Virus record (IMG/VR): IMGVR_UViG_3300031261_000003
Location: 5,435 to 69,434 of that record
DNA length: 64,000 nucleotides
Source of the DNA: a virus
Reading direction: 5' to 3' (one strand)
The translations under genes were made by a program, and so were the position numbers. The notes beneath the pieces were generated by a model, which saw only the letters and a list, made by a program, of their open reading frames with translations, was not told the origin of the DNA and ran no database searches. The first letter of the stretch is position 1. Each line of letters opens with the position of its first letter. Shown piece after piece: positions 48,018 to 56,837 of the stretch.

Positions 48018-48305
48018 GTTAACGCGAACGGATACCGCATGTTCCGGCGAAGCTATTCCGCAAGCGTAGGGCGCGTCCATTGACAATTCGCCGACGTCGA
48101 GAAGAAACCAAGTCAGAGGCGGCGATGACCAAAGGCCGACGCGAATCGGCTTCGACCGAAACGCTTTGAATTCGCCGGCCGTTGGCTTCGCAACGTGGCA
48201 GACGAGCATCAGGCTAAACGCTTCGTCGGCCGGCGATAGAACGGCTTGCATACCGTCCGGAGCGCGGCCGTAGGGCCAAGGCTTGCCGACTTGAAGTTGC
48301 ATCAT
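48018..48305 (-). pseudogene. 5' part of a phage gene interrupted by the tnpB element
   Basis: AGGAG RBS; reading frame runs into the IS left end. Confidence 0.6.
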
Positions 48306-48548
48306 TTTTGCTCCTATCAAAAATCAAATCCGGCGCTTATCTGGCCTTTTTCGCGTCAAAAGCGCTGGCGGTGTCGGGGCTCGCCATGTCCGACAATGTT
48401 GCATTAAAAGCGCGGATACGGCCCTAAAAACAGATCGCCAATTGCTCGACGCTATTTGAAACTTAACGCGGGGCGGCGCTTAGTCAACCAAGTTGCTTTA
48501 TCCCGCTAAGAAGCCTTAAGATCGCCTGCAAGAATAGGGGATGGCGAA

Positions 48549-48580
48549 ATGAAATTCAAAAAAGGCGACAAGGTTGAAAA
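48549..48580 (+). pseudogene. 5' fragment (MKFKKGDKVE) of DfrB-like gene split by IS1595
   Basis: Joins in frame with 50837 onward across the TSD. Confidence 0.8.
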
Positions 48581-48602
48581 GGGAATTATATATTTTAGTC
48601 CC

Positions 48603-48631
48603 TTGACAATCGCGGGGGAGTCAGATACCTT
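48603..48631 (+). promoter_or_regulatory. sigma70 promoter TTGACA-N17-TACCTT inside IS left end
   Basis: Read directly. Confidence 0.7.
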
Positions 48632-48658
48632 GTTTTCAACAACAAGGGAGCTACGCAA

Positions 48659-48832
48659 ATGACCACCGCCCAAAAGAAAGAGAAAATCCTCTCCGCCATC
48701 GCTTCTCGCGGATGGTTCACTGCCGAGTGCTACTGGAATGAAGCCTGCGAACTTCGCAACGCTGGACTAGTCCAGCTTAGCGAGCGTTTCTCCACGGGCG
48801 GCAACCGCAAGCCAGTATGGGTGAAGGCATGA
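48659..48832 (+). CDS. IS passenger ORF, 57 aa (not in ORF track)
   Basis: AAGGGAG RBS; ATGA overlap downstream. Confidence 0.65.
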   Translation: MTTAQKKEKILSAIASRGWFTAECYWNEACELRNAGLVQLSERFSTGGNRKPVWVKA

Positions 48833-49026
48833 AAAAGACAGATGAAGAGAACACATTCTATAATGACCCTGCTCTAATAGAGTGTCGCGCTCAGATAGAT
48901 AGAGCCTTGGGCGGCCTTAATACGCTGCATCTAGGCCCACTCGATTACAATGTTGCAACGACTGTCGATAATTTGCTCGCGGCGGTCCGCCTTTTGGAAG
49001 AATTCGGCAGGAGGAATGCGCCATGA
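48829..49026 (+). CDS. IS passenger ORF
   Basis: ATGA overlaps. Confidence 0.6.
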   Translation: MKKTDEENTFYNDPALIECRAQIDRALGGLNTLHLGPLDYNVATTVDNLLAAVRLLEEFGRRNAP

Positions 49027-49268
49027 ACACATTGGTAAATGACGGCAAATTTCTGACAGTTGCGGCAACGCCCACGGCGGAACAAGCGGCTGAAGCGCGG
49101 GCTCCGATAGGGGTTAGCGACCAAGCAATGACGGGAGCGTGGCGCGTTATTATCGGGCGCGTGCCTGACCGATACGTAGCCTACTACTATCATGATAACG
49201 ATGATGCGCGCTTGAAGGTGGCGCTGACGGCTCGAGCCGAACGCTGGATTGCCGCCCATGAAAGGTGA
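49023..49268 (+). CDS. IS passenger ORF
   Basis: GGAGGA RBS; ATGA overlap. Confidence 0.6.
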   Translation: MNTLVNDGKFLTVAATPTAEQAAEARAPIGVSDQAMTGAWRVIIGRVPDRYVAYYYHDNDDARLKVALTARAERWIAAHER

Positions 49269-49476
49269 CCTGCGCTTGCGTCAGTCTGATGATTTGGAGC
49301 TAGTTGAACGTATGGCGGAAGCAGGGTGGAACGCCAATCCAGGCAGACCCGCCGCTCTGACTTGGGCGTGTCGGGAAAGCGCATTGATGCGCAAGGAGGC
49401 TTACGAACTCCGACAAATGATGCAAGCCGCGCTGCGGGTTGTTCACGCCGCCTACGCCCGAGATCAAATCATCTGA
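49258..49476 (+). CDS. IS passenger ORF
   Basis: Overlap chain. Confidence 0.5.
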   Translation: MKGDLRLRQSDDLELVERMAEAGWNANPGRPAALTWACRESALMRKEAYELRQMMQAALRVVHAAYARDQII

Positions 49477-49496
49477 GTTCTGAAGGGAAATAGGCC

Positions 49497-49745
49497 ATGA
49501 GCGTTATCCCCTGCCACCGAGGCGGCCATCTCTGCAATTGGCCCATATGCCCACAGGATTGCGACGGCAGACTTGGAGCGGATGCGTATTCAGCAGCCTT
49601 AGACCGTTTTGCACCTAACGACGACAGGCAATGCGCCGACTGCGGCTATCCCGTAGGAGATCGGCCGGTTTTTCTCGGTGGCGTTTGGTTTTGCGCGACG
49701 TGCAATCCCGCGATTTCTCATTTTGGTAGAGACATGGAATCATGA
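49497..49745 (+). CDS. IS passenger ORF, Cys-rich
   Basis: CNWPICP.DCDGR.G; CADC...CATC. Confidence 0.6.
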   Translation: MSVIPCHRGGHLCNWPICPQDCDGRLGADAYSAALDRFAPNDDRQCADCGYPVGDRPVFLGGVWFCATCNPAISHFGRDMES

Positions 49746-50659
49746 GTAAATCAACAATATCCACCTTCGAACTTTTTGCGATGTTCCCCGACCAAGATGC
49801 CGCTCGCTCATATTTGGAGGAGCGGCTTTGGCCGAATGGTCCGCGCTGTCCTGTCTGCGGCCTTGGCGAGCGGATCACGACCCGCAAGGGCGGCTTCTAT
49901 CGCTGCAACCAGTGCAAGGAAGACTTCACCGTCCGCACCGGAACGGTTTTCGAGCGTTCGCACGTCCCGCTGCATAAGTGGGTTTACGCGATGTATTTAC
50001 TCGTCACGGCGCGTAAGGGCATTTCGTCAATGCAACTCGCGAAGGAAATCGGAATCACGCAAAAGTCCGCATGGTTTGTGTTGCACCGCCTCAGAGAAGC
50101 TTGTGGGAGCGATCTCGAAAAGCTCCAAGGCATTGTCGAAATTGATGAAACCTATGTTGGCGGAAAAGAAGCCAACAAGCATGAGCACAAAAAGCTCAAA
50201 GCGGGACGCGGCACAGTAGGAAAGACTGCTGTTGTCGCAATGCGTGAGCGCGGCGGCCGCATGAAGGCAATGCCCGTCGAAGACGCCGATATGGCGACGC
50301 TCCACACGAAAATTCATCAGAATGTGGAAGTCGGCTCGACGCTCCACACTGACGAGGCAGCCGTCTATCGCGGCCTTAACGGCCTGTTTTTCGACCACGA
50401 AACCGTCAACCATAGCGAAGGCGAATACGTCCGAGACGACGTGACCACGAACGGCGTCGAGAGCGTCTTTGCGGTCATGAAACGCGGGATCATTGGCGTC
50501 TATCACCATACCAGCAAGAAGCATCTAGGCCGCTACGTCGACGAATTTTCCTTCCGCCTGAACGAAGGCGACGTAAAGCGCCACACGCTACAGAGGCTTG
50601 ATAGCTTCATTGACGGCGTTGCAGGCAAGCGCCTGACTTATAAAGCTCTCACGCATTAG
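49742..50659 (+). CDS. IS1595-family DDE transposase
   Basis: Zn ribbon CPVC/CNQC, HTH, VEIDETYVGG, HTDE, NGVES, Y.DEF.FR.N. Confidence 0.95.
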   Translation: MSKSTISTFELFAMFPDQDAARSYLEERLWPNGPRCPVCGLGERITTRKGGFYRCNQCKEDFTVRTGTVFERSHVPLHKWVYAMYLLVTARKGISSMQLAKEIGITQKSAWFVLHRLREACGSDLEKLQGIVEIDETYVGGKEANKHEHKKLKAGRGTVGKTAVVAMRERGGRMKAMPVEDADMATLHTKIHQNVEVGSTLHTDEAAVYRGLNGLFFDHETVNHSEGEYVRDDVTTNGVESVFAVMKRGIIGVYHHTSKKHLGRYVDEFSFRLNEGDVKRHTLQRLDSFIDGVAGKRLTYKALTH

Positions 50660-50667
50660 GAGCACCC

Positions 50668-50814
50668 ATGAAACCCGATCACAAGAAGGCGCTGGATGCC
50701 GCTGCGGACAAGGTTTTGGCGTTCCGCCCGAAGCCAAAATCAGAGCCCGCGAAAGCGCGAAAACTACGAAAAGCCAAGATCATACGCGAGAGGAAAAAGG
50801 ACGTGAGGGAGTGA
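50668..50814 (+). CDS. small basic ORF at IS right end
   Basis: AGGAG RBS; stop lies inside the TIR. Confidence 0.6.
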   Translation: MKPDHKKALDAAADKVLAFRPKPKSEPAKARKLRKAKIIRERKKDVRE

Positions 50815-51245
50815 ACTATATAATTCCCGTTGAAAAGGTCGCTGGATACCGCTTTCCAGGCATCGTCGTGAGCGTTTACGAGACGCTTTCCGGCGAGGTC
50901 CGCTATGACGTAGAGGCGGATAACCCGGACTTCGCGGGGATGCTGCATATCTTCTCGGAAACTACCTTGAAGGCCCGCACCGAGATTGCCCCATCGCCTC
51001 CACCACCCAAAGATCAGAGGAACGAGATTGCTGATCGAGTCGCAGACGCGATTATGGCGGAGATTCCGACAATAAGCGTGCGTGAGGCTAAATCCGCAGC
51101 GCTAGCGGCGTTGCACAGTATAAGGGAACCGTCCGAAGAAATGACAGCGAAGGCCGCTCTCTGCTCCGGTATAGCAAAGTCTGTTCCGTTAATATGGACG
51201 GCGGTGATTGACTACGCGCTAGACCCCGGAAAGCCATTTCCTTAG
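50811..51245 (+). CDS. 3' part of DfrB/R67-like SH3-fold gene with IS-supplied GTG start
   Basis: VEKVAGYRFPGIVV..Y.T....RY.VE......G.LHIF....L. Confidence 0.6.
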   Translation: MNYIIPVEKVAGYRFPGIVVSVYETLSGEVRYDVEADNPDFAGMLHIFSETTLKARTEIAPSPPPPKDQRNEIADRVADAIMAEIPTISVREAKSAALAALHSIREPSEEMTAKAALCSGIAKSVPLIWTAVIDYALDPGKPFP

Positions 51246-51673
51246 TCAAACAAATCCCGTATAGCATTCATTGATCGACGTTTCGCTCGGCGTAGAGTGT
51301 ATGTAATTCTACGCTGCGCTAAATGGTGTTGTTTATCCTGTGCAAGATGACATCTGGGACAGAGCGCCTTTAGATTTTTCCAGGTATTATTTCCTGGGTT
51401 GTTATCTAGATGGGCTGTCGATAGCCAAATTGTTTTCATCTTAATTCGGTCTAGCGCCGGGAATACGGCCCGTCTTCGTCCGCGTTCGTCGCGCCATAGG
51501 CCAGCGTCAGCATCCCACCAATAGCCGTCTACTTGTACGATAAGCTTACCGTGCGGCCGCTTGCACGCTTCGCACTTTCCTTTCGCGCGGCCGAAGCGTA
51601 TTTCACGCGAAAGTTCCTTCCAATCAATCGGGTAAAAAAACCTCAGCGATTTCTTGATCGGCATTTCGATCAC
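51242..51673 (-). CDS. HNH-like protein
   Basis: CEAC, LSTAHLD..P.NN...NL.ALC.RCH. Confidence 0.8.
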   Translation of the reverse strand: MIEMPIKKSLRFFYPIDWKELSREIRFGRAKGKCEACKRPHGKLIVQVDGYWWDADAGLWRDERGRRRAVFPALDRIKMKTIWLSTAHLDNNPGNNTWKNLKALCPRCHLAQDKQHHLAQRRITYTLRRAKRRSMNAIRDLFD

Positions 51674-52125
51674 TTTAATTTATGTATCGCGGATATTGCG
51701 TTTCTAAAAAAGAAATCAGAAAACAAGTTGCGAAGGTCTGGTGCTGGACTCGGATCGTATGGCTCAATAGCTTCGTCGAATAAATGCGTAATCCGATTGC
51801 AAGTGTTTTCGCCGCTACGAAGGCTAACGATCATACGGAAATCGTCAAACATACTGCGACGTTCCGTCGATGGGCCTATAAGGCGCGCTTGCCATTGCTC
51901 GATTGTAAAACCATCCGTTAGCGGGTGACATATCCGACAAAGCAAGACGAGGTTGTCTGAGGCGTCCGCGCCACCGTCACAATGCGCGATGATGTGAGCC
52001 CTTTGCGTTTTTTGCTTAAAACGGCAAAACATACAATCATCAAGCTGCCCGTCATAACCGGCCGCGCTCCAATAGGCGAATATCTGGTGTTTCGTTGGCG
52101 TTGAGTTCGTATTGCGGCCCATCAC
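51670..52125 (-). CDS. HNH endonuclease
   Basis: CMFC, AHII....GG.D..DNLVLLC..CH. Confidence 0.8.
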   Translation of the reverse strand: MMGRNTNSTPTKHQIFAYWSAAGYDGQLDDCMFCRFKQKTQRAHIIAHCDGGADASDNLVLLCRICHPLTDGFTIEQWQARLIGPSTERRSMFDDFRMIVSLRSGENTCNRITHLFDEAIEPYDPSPAPDLRNLFSDFFFRNAISAIHKLK

Positions 52126-52790
52126 GCGCTCTCTCTTAGTTGATCCAGAACCTTTTTGACGGCCATATGGCTGATATTAAAACCGCTAGCGGCGGCGATA
52201 TCACGAAGCGACTTTCCAGCGGCCCGCATAGCAACCATGCGAACGATTGAAGCCTGCTCAGCCTCGTCTGGAATGAGCCGCTTTTTCTTGGCTTCTACGA
52301 TGATGTGATATCCGAAGGGACGCGCGCCGCCGAGAAAATGCCCGCGTTCTTTTTGGTCGGCTTTTACTTGACTGATGCGCTCGCGAATCCTGTCGCGCTC
52401 GGCCTCGGCGAAGGCGGCGGCTATTGTGAGAAACGTCTTGCTAAAACCATTGGCCGCCATGTCGCCACCTAAGTCGAGAAGGTGAAGAGTGACGCCTTTC
52501 TCTTTCAGGCGCGCGACAATCTGCAACGCGTCGAGCGCGCTTCGGAACATACGGTCTAACTTGGCCGCAATAATTATATCGCCGCGCTGGATTCGTGCGA
52601 CCAAGGCGCGGCCAATCGGCCGCTGGTCAATTGGAATTGAGCCAGAGACTCCTTCCTCAATCATAATGTCGGTTACGTCGAAAGCGTGCATGTCCGCATA
52701 CCCTCGGATCTGGCGCTGTTGAACGTCAAGGCTCTCGCCGAACTTCGCTTGTCGCCCCGTCGAGACTCGACAATACCCAAAAATCGCCAT
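52122..52790 (-). CDS. small serine recombinase (resolvase-type)
   Basis: GYCRVST..Q, GVSG, RP, KLDR..RS, AEAER..I.ER; C-terminal HTH. Confidence 0.9.
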   Translation of the reverse strand: MAIFGYCRVSTGRQAKFGESLDVQQRQIRGYADMHAFDVTDIMIEEGVSGSIPIDQRPIGRALVARIQRGDIIIAAKLDRMFRSALDALQIVARLKEKGVTLHLLDLGGDMAANGFSKTFLTIAAAFAEAERDRIRERISQVKADQKERGHFLGGARPFGYHIIVEAKKKRLIPDEAEQASIVRMVAMRAAGKSLRDIAAASGFNISHMAVKKVLDQLRESA

Positions 52791-53046
52791 TTTCCCCAGC
52801 CCCCGCTGTGTAAACGCGCAAACGCCTTTACGATTTTTGATTTGCGCCGTAAGCGCCTTTTAGCGCCTTGCCAAACTTGCCCGCAAAACCCTTTCCCGAA
52901 CCTTACAAACCCCTCTTGACAAGCCGTTAAGAATCATCCTCGCGACTCGCCGTCAAGCTTCTTTTATCGCTTTAGATTATGCTTGCAATAGCTCTTTATA
53001 ACGAGCTATAACGCTAACTGACGAAAGCGACTCGACGAGGGGAACC

Positions 53047-53232
53047 ATGCCAGCGAAAGCTGAAAATCACGATCCGACCGCGCCGAGCGCGTTCGCAAAA
53101 TCCATGCTGCGGCTCCCGACGTTCGATCTCGCGCAAATGCGCAAGACGCTCGCGCTCAAGCTCGCGGCCATCGACGCGGAGCTAGGCAAGCGCGGCGAGG
53201 CGACGACAACGACCTTGGGGGCAAAAACATGA
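53047..53232 (+). CDS. hypothetical protein leading the par operon
   Basis: GAGGGG RBS; ATGA overlap with parA. Confidence 0.55.
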   Translation: MPAKAENHDPTAPSAFAKSMLRLPTFDLAQMRKTLALKLAAIDAELGKRGEATTTTLGAKT

Positions 53233-53870
53233 AAGTTATCACTTTTGCTGCGCAAAAAGGCGGCGCCGGAAAAACGGCGTTCGCCCAGCATCTTAGCGTT
53301 CTTGCCGAGACCGGCGGCGCCAATGTCTTGCTTATCGATACCGACCCGCAAGGCTCGCTCAACGCTTGGTATCAGTTGCGCGGTAGCGGGACGCCGATAC
53401 TTATCAAGTCAACCGGAAAAGACTTGCGGCGGTTCGTCGATAGGGCGCGCAAGGATCGCGTGGATTATTGCCTAGTCGATACGCCGCCGCACGCTCAACA
53501 GTCGATCCTCGACGCTATCGTGGTTTCTGATCTCGTCGTTGTTCCGCTGCGGCCGGCGTTCTCCGATCTCAACGCGATTCCGGCGACGCTTGAACTCGCA
53601 CAATCGGCCGGCAAAGCGCCGCTCGTCGTTATAAACCAAGCGCCTGTGGCGTCTGCTTGGGGCGAGCCGGCGCAAGTCAGCCAAGCGCGCGAGCTTATAA
53701 CCGGCTTGGGCTCCAAGGTCGCACAAACCGTTATCGTCATGAGAGTCGCTATCCAGCACGCCCTTGCCGGCGGACAAACCGCTGGGGAATTTGAGCCCTC
53801 TGGAAAGGCCGCCGCCGAGATCGCGGCGCTTTGGGCGGAAATCAAAACCGAACTTGAAACGGAGAAATAA
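53229..53870 (+). CDS. parA: ParA-family partition ATPase (short, type Ib-like)
   Basis: KGGAGKT, IDTDPQGS, VDTPP. Confidence 0.92.
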   Translation: MKVITFAAQKGGAGKTAFAQHLSVLAETGGANVLLIDTDPQGSLNAWYQLRGSGTPILIKSTGKDLRRFVDRARKDRVDYCLVDTPPHAQQSILDAIVVSDLVVVPLRPAFSDLNAIPATLELAQSAGKAPLVVINQAPVASAWGEPAQVSQARELITGLGSKVAQTVIVMRVAIQHALAGGQTAGEFEPSGKAAAEIAALWAEIKTELETEK

Positions 53871-53872
53871 AA

Positions 53873-54109
53873 ATGGCAAAGCCCCGCGCGCTAACGATTC
53901 TTCCCGTCGTCAAAAAGGGAATGCAGGCGCCGTCCGATCCTGAAACATCGAGTGAAAACGACGAAAAGCGCGTTTCCGTCGTGATCCGCGTAACGCCGGC
54001 CGAGCGCAAAGAGCTTCGCCTCATGGCTATGGAAGCCGATACGACGGTGCAACGGCTTGTCGAGGATTTGATTCAAGGCGTGCTTGAGAAGGACCGGAAA
54101 GCTAAATAA
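53873..54109 (+). CDS. ribbon-helix-helix partition protein
   Basis: VSVVIRV strand plus two helices; downstream of parA. Confidence 0.75.
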   Translation: MAKPRALTILPVVKKGMQAPSDPETSSENDEKRVSVVIRVTPAERKELRLMAMEADTTVQRLVEDLIQGVLEKDRKAK

Positions 54110-54157
54110 CTAGCTAGCGTGCGAGTAAAATCGCACGCGATTTAATTAGCTTTACAA

Positions 54158-54358
54158 TTAGTGTCGAATTTGCCGCGTTAGAAATATCTCGGTTTTCAGT
54201 TGCGCCCAATTGCGAGGATCGACGTAAACCGAGTCCACGTAGAGCCGCGTCGCATCCTCAAGCTCGTGCAATACCGTCTGAATTTTTTCCTCAGCGCGCT
54301 TGAGGAGCCGTTTTTGCGCGGGCGTAAGCGCGGGCTCGTTCTTAGGCTCGTCGCTCAA
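54158..54358 (-). CDS. hypothetical protein
   Basis: GGAGGAG RBS, TTG start. Confidence 0.55.
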   Translation of the reverse strand: MSDEPKNEPALTPAQKRLLKRAEEKIQTVLHELEDATRLYVDSVYVDPRNWAQLKTEIFLTRQIRH

Positions 54359-54371
54359 CGGACTCTCCTCC

Positions 54372-54406
54372 AGATGCCCCGGCCTTCAGGGCGGGGAAGA
54401 CGTTAA
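54372..54406 (+). mobile_element. solo IS200/IS605-like terminal hairpin remnant
   Basis: GCCCCGGCCTTCAGGGCGGGGAAGACGTTAA resembles IS605 right ends. Confidence 0.5.
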
Positions 54407-54810
54407 AGCAAGCCCCAGGAAATCTTGGCGCGCCTGACGTAGACGCGAGGGGTGGCGCCGGCTTTGGCGAATATCGCGTCCCTGGTAGCGGCCGGTTCGC
54501 GTTCGCCGTCAGCAAGGGCGTCACAGCCGATCCCGGCCCCGCAAAGCAGCTTCGCCCCCTCGCTCAAGGCATCAACGCCGTTCAGCGCCGCGAGGACCGG
54601 CGCGTAGGCGCGCGGGTTGACGATCAAGCCGCAAGTGCTCCTTGCCTCTCCGTCGTAGCCAATTCCCTCTCCGACGTAGCCAAGCGCCGGACAAGGGCCG
54701 TCGCTGCGTTGGAACACAATAGCGCCAAGCGGACAGAGCCGCGCTTCGCAACACTGTCCGCAATGGTTGCAGGCCGCTCCATAGGGCGGCTTGTCGGGCG
54801 TCCCGCTCAA
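54403..54810 (-). CDS. CxxCxxCC cysteine-cluster protein
   Basis: CNHCGQCC...CP...CPAL...CGL. Confidence 0.7.
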   Translation of the reverse strand: MSGTPDKPPYGAACNHCGQCCEARLCPLGAIVFQRSDGPCPALGYVGEGIGYDGEARSTCGLIVNPRAYAPVLAALNGVDALSEGAKLLCGAGIGCDALADGEREPAATRDAIFAKAGATPRVYVRRAKISWGLL

Positions 54811-56066
54811 GCGCGGCTCGTGGCTGGCTTCATCTTGGTTTTGGCGTGCGCGACCAGGGCGTCCACCAATTCGCGCGATAAAAGCTTGCGCTCGCCGGGC
54901 TCAAGATTGTCGAGGAAGTCGCGCAGCGCGGCGGGGCCGGCGTCGGCCCGCGCCCGGGCGGTTTGCGTCAGGTCCGCGAGCAACGCCGCGTTCGGATCGG
55001 TCGGCGCCGGGCCGGAGTCATGTTCCGTCCCGGCGCCTTCCGCCGACGCGGCGGGCCGTGATGACGCCGCGTCGGTTCCATTGGCCGCGCCGTTGCCGGC
55101 CGGCTTGTCGTTGATAGCGCCGTTTAAGCGGCCGTCCGAGGAAGCGGCGACATAATCGGCGTTGCCGTTTTTCGTAATCTCGCCCGTATCCGGATCGACC
55201 TTTTCGTTCGCGCCTACGCCGGCCATTTTGTCGAGAGCGTCGGCGAGAGACGCCGGCCGCTCGCCGGGTTTAGCCGCAACGGGGAAGGCTTCTTCGACGG
55301 TAACCTCACCGTTTTTGATCGCCGCGCGGGCGCCGTTGAGCGTCAGCAGATGGTCGAGGTTTATATCGCCTTCGCCCTGCACGCCGAGCGCTGCAAAAAC
55401 GCGATCTGGCGTAACGCCCATGACGCCGAATGCCTTGATTGCGAGCGCTCGACGACTTGAGAGCGTCTTGATATCGCCGCGTATGACCTCCTCGACAGCC
55501 GTATATCCACGACGAGCGACGCCCTTTGGAATGCCGGCCAGGATCGCGTTGCGCCGAGCAATCGAGCAAGCTGCGGCGCCGGCAAGCTGAATCATGTCGT
55601 TGTCGATTCCCTTGCCGCGCTTTTCCTGTATCGGCCGACGAACGCGAGCCACTTGAATTACATTCGTCTCCAAATCCTGAAATACGCCCTCGGCTTCCAC
55701 GTATTTTTCGATGCGGTCGACATGGACAATACGTGCCGCGACTCGGCAGTTACCCCATTGGCTCGCCATGATCTCGGCGAAACGGATCGACGGGCCTTGA
55801 ATGGTCTTTCCGCCACGCGGTAAAGCATAGATGCACTCGGCGGCGGTGTCCTCGTCGAGCGTCGCAAGCGTCGTTATCTGGTTTACGGCGCGTTGAATGC
55901 TTCGCGGCATGGCGCGAGCCGTTGCGACTTGCTGATCGACTTCGGCGCGGGCAAGGCTGACAGCTAGGCTTTGCTGCACGGCGCTCAAACCGCCGCCGCC
56001 GTCGTATCCGACAATCTCGGTCGATTCTTCCGAATTGCGGGATGGGGAAACTTGGTTGACACTCAT
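54807..56066 (-). CDS. putative recombination/annealing protein
   Basis: AEVD.QVATAR..PRS, Y.LPRGGK.I.GPSIRFAE, SIARRNAIL; same operon as YqaJ; function inferred. Confidence 0.55.
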   Translation of the reverse strand: MSVNQVSPSRNSEESTEIVGYDGGGGLSAVQQSLAVSLARAEVDQQVATARAMPRSIQRAVNQITTLATLDEDTAAECIYALPRGGKTIQGPSIRFAEIMASQWGNCRVAARIVHVDRIEKYVEAEGVFQDLETNVIQVARVRRPIQEKRGKGIDNDMIQLAGAAACSIARRNAILAGIPKGVARRGYTAVEEVIRGDIKTLSSRRALAIKAFGVMGVTPDRVFAALGVQGEGDINLDHLLTLNGARAAIKNGEVTVEEAFPVAAKPGERPASLADALDKMAGVGANEKVDPDTGEITKNGNADYVAASSDGRLNGAINDKPAGNGAANGTDAASSRPAASAEGAGTEHDSGPAPTDPNAALLADLTQTARARADAGPAALRDFLDNLEPGERKLLSRELVDALVAHAKTKMKPATSRA

Positions 56067-56147
56067 TTTGTTGCTCTTTCGGTTGCTTTGTTGCTAGCGA
56101 AATTGCTCGCTAACAATATTGCGTTATAATTAGATAATAAGCAAGCG

Positions 56148-56837
56148 CTATCCCGCGCGACGCCGCGCGAGTTCATGCTTGATGGTGAATTTGACGTCGG
56201 GGTCGAAGTCCTGGCCTTCGCCCCAGCGGAGATAGTCGGTGGGAACGTCCGTCCAAGCCATGCCGAAATGCTTGCCGAATCCGACTTTGCGCAGAACGGC
56301 GGCCTTGGTCGAAAGCCTCAACAAGTCGTCTAGGCTACGCTCCTTGAGCATTTCAACCAGAAGCGCCGTCGTCAGAACGGCGTCGAACAACGCCCGGTGA
56401 GGGGCGACTCCGCTAGGGCGAGGAAGCCCGCGCCAATAATATAGCACCGCGTTCTTGAAGCTTGGCGCCTCCGGCCAAACATGCAGAGCACAGCGATATG
56501 TATCGATCCAGCGCTTTTCTTTGAGCGTCGGCAGCATGTCGCGGTCGAAGCGGGCATTGTGCGCAGCGAGAAGGTCAACGTTTGCAGGGAGAACAAGGCC
56601 AAGCGCCTCCTCAAGGTCGGGCGCGTTGGCGACGTCCGAGTCGATAATGTGATGAACGCCCATCGCCTCGAACGAAATAGGCCGGTGCGGATTGACGAGT
56701 ATCGAGTTGGATCTGAAACCGCCAACAACGCTCCCCTCGGTCGGGTCATAAAACATCTCGACCGCCGCAATCTCAACCACTCGGTCGGTTGTGGGATCGA
56801 GGCCAGTTGTTTCAGTGTCAATGACATGGATAATCAT
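56148..56837 (-). CDS. DEDDh 3'-5' exonuclease (exonuclease X-like)
   Basis: IDTETTG, AHNARFD, HRAL.D, FGKH.G..W..VP.DYL.W. Confidence 0.9.
   Translation of the reverse strand: MIIHVIDTETTGLDPTTDRVVEIAAVEMFYDPTEGSVVGGFRSNSILVNPHRPISFEAMGVHHIIDSDVANAPDLEEALGLVLPANVDLLAAHNARFDRDMLPTLKEKRWIDTYRCALHVWPEAPSFKNAVLYYWRGLPRPSGVAPHRALFDAVLTTALLVEMLKERSLDDLLRLSTKAAVLRKVGFGKHFGMAWTDVPTDYLRWGEGQDFDPDVKFTIKHELARRRAG

Larger units (their letters stand above)
48581..50828 (+). mobile_element. IS1595-family element with passenger genes
   Basis: 22-bp TIRs (19/22) beginning GGGAATTATATA; 8-bp TSD GTTGAAAA at 48573-48580 and 50829-50836. Confidence 0.95.

Noticed and set aside
52122-52790. Serine integrase
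   Set aside because: At 222 aa it lacks the recombinase and zinc-ribbon domains of large serine integrases.
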